A stretch of DNA of 61,942 bases, counting the filler, from Bacteriovoracaceae bacterium (GTDB lineage Bacteria; Bdellovibrionota; Bacteriovoracia; Bacteriovoracales; Bacteriovoracaceae): NCBI GenBank assembly GCA_018649885.1. It is 6 parts of 6 records of this genome, joined end to end, with 100 filler letters (N's around TTAATTAATTAA, not from the genome) between each part and the next. Parts side by side here need not be neighbours in the genome. Positions count along the whole stretch, not along the records: positions 55,649 to 61,942 come from JABIHA010000151.1; 5 more parts are not named here. One strand, 5' to 3'. Position 1 is the stretch's first letter; the number at the start of each line of letters is the position of its first letter. This document shows, one piece after another, positions 58,245-61,942 of the stretch. The translations under genes were made by a program, and so were the position numbers. The notes beneath the pieces are model-generated. The model had not been told where the DNA came from and ran no database searches. It saw nothing but the letters and a program-made list of their open reading frames with translations.

Positions 58245-59456
58245 GTGATAAAAAGGGTTTCTATGGTTCACTTTGTTTTACTTTCCTTCATTTCAATATT
58301 TTCGACTGCAGAGGGTTTTGCGGAGTCAGCTTTATTTAAAAAAAAGTGTAAGGCAAAAATTAGTAAATATAAAAGCTTGAGTAAGGCGTGTTCTTCAGGG
58401 GAATATGATGGTCAAAAAATCTATAAGTGCAAAAAAAAGTGTAAAAAGAGAAAGGGTTTCAAATGCAAAGAGTGGGAATGGGATTCTAAGCAATTGAGGG
58501 TTTGTAACTCAGATGGAGAGAAAAAAGGATATTACATCGGGACATGTGCAGGAAAAAATCTCAATGCCAGTAGCTGGAAGAAGGCCTGCGCCCAAAAGAA
58601 CGCTAAAGGACAAACTGTCGTTTATTGTAAAAAGGGAAAAGAGAAGAAACGACAAACCTGCTCTTCAACGACAAATAACGATAGTAAAAAAAATGAGACC
58701 AGGGTTTTTATCGAAAAATGTGGAGGGAGTCAGGCCAAAAAGAAAAATGGTAAACCGATCAAAACCAATCTCTCCAAGGCCTGCAAGCAGAACAATTTAA
58801 AGAACAAAGTCTTGGTTCGCTGCAACAATACATGTATGAAAAGAAGTGGACTTAAATGCGTCAAATGGACCTGGAAAGAAAAGAAGAGGGCCATATGTGG
58901 AGCTAACAAAAAGGTCTCCAACATGAAAACATGTAATGAAACACAAGCGGCAGAGCTGGCCCGTGCGAGGACAGATGCAATTAAGGACATAAGTAATGTA
59001 ATCGTCTCGATGGAATCTTTTATAAAGAATCCACAAAACTACTATTCAAAGAATAAGGGGGAATCCTCATTTTCTAAAAAGCAGAAAAGCACTGCCTTGG
59101 AATATATGAAAAAGGCCAAGAAAACTGCGGGAAAAATTCGAAGTTCAATTAAAACAAAGACCACCAAGTTGATATGCCAAGGCAATAAGAGCAGTGATAA
59201 TTCATGTAGCTCAGGCTCAAATGCTCACGCTCTGCGAATTATAAAGAGAAGAATTTGGTTTTGTAGCAATTGGCTAGGTTTTTCAGACTATCGAAAAGCA
59301 GCTGTGTTTATTCATGAGTACAGTCATCATCACATGACAAATGATATCACCTACGATCGTAGCAAGCTTAAAAATATTAAATGGCACAAAAATGCGGAAA
59401 CCTATGAAATGTGGGCGGAAGACAACAAAATTTGCATTCCCGGTTATGATTGCTAG
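58245..59456 (+). CDS. Secreted Lys/Cys-rich protein with C-terminal M35-like zinc metallopeptidase
   Basis: Repeated SKAC/KKAC...C units; C-terminal IWFC, IHEYSH, TND..Y and NAETY. Confidence 0.78.
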   Translation: MIKRVSMVHFVLLSFISIFSTAEGFAESALFKKKCKAKISKYKSLSKACSSGEYDGQKIYKCKKKCKKRKGFKCKEWEWDSKQLRVCNSDGEKKGYYIGTCAGKNLNASSWKKACAQKNAKGQTVVYCKKGKEKKRQTCSSTTNNDSKKNETRVFIEKCGGSQAKKKNGKPIKTNLSKACKQNNLKNKVLVRCNNTCMKRSGLKCVKWTWKEKKRAICGANKKVSNMKTCNETQAAELARARTDAIKDISNVIVSMESFIKNPQNYYSKNKGESSFSKKQKSTALEYMKKAKKTAGKIRSSIKTKTTKLICQGNKSSDNSCSSGSNAHALRIIKRRIWFCSNWLGFSDYRKAAVFIHEYSHHHMTNDITYDRSKLKNIKWHKNAETYEMWAEDNKICIPGYDC

Positions 59457-59531
59457 GTATGTGTTAACAGTGCCAAGGGAAGCACGCACACAATCGCAAA
59501 TGCTCTCCCCTAGTATATATATAATAAAAAA

Positions 59532-60374
59532 TTATCTAATATTTCTTGCGACTGCCATTTTTCCTTCCTGAAAGGCTTGAAGAATTCCTGTTACCAATTC
59601 CTTTAAACTCTTTAACTCATCATTAGACTTTTGCAATTTAAACATAGTTTTTTGATCACTATCTGTTTTACTGGTAGGAGCTATAAATCTGGCACTCACT
59701 TTATTTATAACAGACTTAGCAATGGCATCTGCTTCTTCATAAGATCTTACTGGAACATCTTCGATTGTCAGAAAAACGCCATTATCAGAAGTAAATTCAA
59801 ATTTCGCTATGTCCATTGAGGTTTTATTATCTAATGAAAATTCAATTGATGCCGTTATTACTCCAGATGGAAGTTCGTCACCAACTCTAATTTGAAATGT
59901 TTGTCCGTGACCAGATCCTGCGGAAACAAATCCAAAGACTTCATCTTCACGGAGAATAATAGTCGAACACTTTTCAGATCCTGATGTATCATCAAAGATC
60001 ATCCATTCTTCTTTTTCAAAAGTTGTGCCTTTTAAATACCTATCTTCTCCATTAAGTTCAAATTTCATTGGTTGATTCCAAACTTCAGCCGAAAAATGCA
60101 TGGATCCTGGGTTTGTATCTTTGCAAGCGCGAACTGGTGTGCCATCTGGAAGAAAGCCAGCGGCCTTATTTTCTTTGTCGTAGAAGTAAGTTGGTCCTGA
60201 GTTAGAAAAATTGGCTCCAACTTCGTCCGCCACGAGGGCGGCCATAAGGCTTCCAACAACTACAATTTCTTTTGGTTTCTTGGCCAAGGCAGTTGGGATA
60301 CCCATACCCTTAATTTTTAGATCACTCGTTTCAATATATTGAGCAGCAGCTCCTCTAGCTTGGAGTAATTCCAT
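59532..60374 (-). CDS. Hypothetical protein whose N-terminus is read from within the 135-bp unit; probably truncated or interrupted
   Basis: The first codons (MELLQA) lie inside 60356-60490. Confidence 0.6.
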   Translation of the reverse strand: MELLQARGAAAQYIETSDLKIKGMGIPTALAKKPKEIVVVGSLMAALVADEVGANFSNSGPTYFYDKENKAAGFLPDGTPVRACKDTNPGSMHFSAEVWNQPMKFELNGEDRYLKGTTFEKEEWMIFDDTSGSEKCSTIILREDEVFGFVSAGSGHGQTFQIRVGDELPSGVITASIEFSLDNKTSMDIAKFEFTSDNGVFLTIEDVPVRSYEEADAIAKSVINKVSARFIAPTSKTDSDQKTMFKLQKSNDELKSLKELVTGILQAFQEGKMAVARNIR

Positions 60375-60490
60375 GGTTTTTAAAGGGCCTTTAGGCCAAA
60401 AAAGAGGGCCTTTTTGAGGCCGTCGATAATTTCAGGGGGCATTTTAGTAAAGAGAGTGGGGGAGTTGTAGTGCTAGTTTTACTTTCACCC
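60356..60490 (+). mobile_element. 135-bp unit (copy 4)
   Basis: Matches the other copies. Confidence 0.85.
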
Positions 60491-60584
60491 TGCTGGAAAG
60501 CGCGCCCCTCATGGACTTTTTAGTGAAAGAGTTCGCTTTGATAAAAATCTATTTATAAAAAGGATTTAATATCCTAATTTAAGT

Positions 60585-61025
60585 TTAGAGATGAAAGTCT
60601 TCAAGGTCTTTGATTTTAAGGGCGTAAGTATACTCAGCTCCTTCAGTTACTTCTCCATCTTCATCATAGTAATCGTCTGAGATATCGGCTGTGTTGTAGT
60701 CTCCAACTAATATAGGAGAGACATTTTCCCCTACTGGAATTTCATAATATAGAAGTTGGTCTTCGTCGTAATGAACCTCTACAACGCCAACATATTTAGT
60801 AGTGGGTTTTTTACCAGTAATTTTTTTGAATGCTTTTTTTCCTCTGCGATATCTTGTCACACCTATTGTGTGTTCCATCTCACCTTCAGAGTATCTCTTG
60901 TTTGAGTCAATTCTCAGGCATTGTTTTGCATCAATAGAGTTTTTCACATTACATGTCGTTTTAATTTGTTGATCAGCATAGATGTTGGATGACGCTATGC
61001 ATATAAGTACCAGTAGGTATTTCAC
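60585..61025 (-). CDS. Secreted hypothetical protein
   Basis: GGGAG RBS and signal peptide. Confidence 0.72.
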   Translation of the reverse strand: MKYLLVLICIASSNIYADQQIKTTCNVKNSIDAKQCLRIDSNKRYSEGEMEHTIGVTRYRRGKKAFKKITGKKPTTKYVGVVEVHYDEDQLLYYEIPVGENVSPILVGDYNTADISDDYYDEDGEVTEGAEYTYALKIKDLEDFHL

Positions 61026-61205
61026 GTTTTTCTCCCATTCTCAAAGGCCGTTAGGTCCTCTAGTTATTGCCCTCGCTAGATGCTTTGTTAATGACTAAGA
61101 TGAAATATGTAAAAATAACATTCATTGCTATTAAATTATGGAGCAGATTAAGGAATTCTTAACCCATTCGTGGTGTTCCACCACTCAGGTCCTTTTAGGA
61201 GAATA

Positions 61206-61237
61206 AAAAAAAAGGGGGTCTAGAAAAGACCCCCCTT
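61206..61237 (-). terminator. Intrinsic terminator
   Basis: GGGGGTC-N7-GACCCCC hairpin with a U8 tract on the minus strand, after 61260. Confidence 0.8.
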
Positions 61238-61259
61238 CATATTATTTTTTTTTATTAAA

Positions 61260-61736
61260 CTATTCTTCTGAAGCAGTACCTTTTTTACATTCTTTAACGG
61301 CCTCTTTCATATCTTTTTTAAGCTCTTTTTTAACTGATTTCTTTCCTTTCCAACAGGCTTTAGAAGCATCTGTTCCTTTGCCCTCTTCATCTTTGAGTGC
61401 ATTACAAGTACCTTTAGTGGCTACCTTGTAAGCCTTCCAATCACTTTTATATGATTTTTTTGCTTCTTTAATACAATCAGCTTTTGGAAGTACACAATTT
61501 TTGATTTTGTCTTTTACACAAGATCTTTTTATTTTTTGGCAAGCTTTAATCATTTTCTTTTGTTCTTTTAAATATCCAGATGCAGAAAGTCCTGAATCTA
61601 GGCCAGCAACGCCAGAATCAAAACACTCATTAAAACCTGCATTACAGGCCCCATCAAAACACTTCACAGCAAATGCGCTACTCATGAAAGACATAGCAAA
61701 AACGACAACTAGTAACTTCATATTTTCTCCTCGCAA
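61260..61736 (-). CDS. Secreted Lys/Cys-rich helical protein
   Basis: Signal peptide from MKLLVVVF...AFA; periodic Cys residues. Confidence 0.75.
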   Translation of the reverse strand: MRGENMKLLVVVFAMSFMSSAFAVKCFDGACNAGFNECFDSGVAGLDSGLSASGYLKEQKKMIKACQKIKRSCVKDKIKNCVLPKADCIKEAKKSYKSDWKAYKVATKGTCNALKDEEGKGTDASKACWKGKKSVKKELKKDMKEAVKECKKGTASEE

Positions 61737-61803
61737 AATATTAATATAGCTACTATTTTATCGGAAGCATATTTGATTTATTTAGAAATATATACGAATA
61801 AAT

Positions 61804-61942
61804 TGTTCGTGACCCCCATTTGATGGCTACCTCCTAAATCCGGAGGAAAACCATGGATTTGAATAGAAAAAGAGTAACTCAATCACAGAAATTCAACATC
61901 TTAACCGCTCACATTGAAAAAGGAACTCCCATTTCCGAGTTG
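61804..61942 (+). mobile_element. Left end of an IS3-family-like element, with orfA from 61853, cut by the window end
   Basis: TG terminus, GGAGG RBS and HTH-type OrfA start; second copy at 41509-41648 has a different flank. Confidence 0.75.

Noticed and set aside
55655..60490. 135-bp units read as integron attC sites
   Set aside because: No RYYYAAC...GTTRRRY ends or full-length palindrome, no intI, and blocks hold several genes in both orientations.
1..61942. tRNA, rRNA, cas or reverse-transcriptase genes
   Set aside because: None recognised by eye; a tRNAscan-SE/Rfam run would be needed to exclude short RNAs.

Overview
The window is six assembly contigs joined by artificial N-run/TTAATTAATTAA linkers (about 1-5943, 6044-22924, 23025-41408, 41509-49651, 49752-55548, 55649-61942), so adjacency across linkers is meaningless. 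The DNA is AT-rich and bacterial, and the gene content suggests a Bdellovibrionota (Bacteriovorax-like) genome bin; this taxonomy is inference. Contig 1 is the end of an integrative element (large serine recombinase, helicase IV-like protein, resolvase) inserted in a comM/yifB gene. Contig 2 carries ftsH, cmoA/cmoB, a beta-CASP nuclease, a LOG protein and large surface proteins, with two HNH genes that have unusual structured or repeated non-coding flanks. Contig 3 is a plasmid-like replicon: IS91-like HUH transposase, octamer centromere with ParA and partner, about 21 iterons with Rep, a dif-like site, two TA-like pairs, and an HTH regulator flanked by small secreted GGG-motif proteins leading into VirB2/B3/B4-like genes. 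Contig 4 is a stress/redox module (Hsp20, Lon, PAS kinase, RR-Crp, USP) with FNR-like boxes. Contig 5 has a 2-oxoacid:ferredoxin oxidoreductase, YqeY and structured intergenic elements. Contig 6 has secreted-protein genes separated by three direct copies of a 135-bp unit whose fourth copy lies just downstream of the IS91-like transposase. The best candidates for undescribed systems are (i) this HUH-linked 135-bp cassette array, (ii) a possible peptide-signal/HTH circuit controlling conjugation, and (iii) HNH genes with structured-RNA and tandem-repeat flanks. All family calls come from motif recognition by eye; no searches were run.
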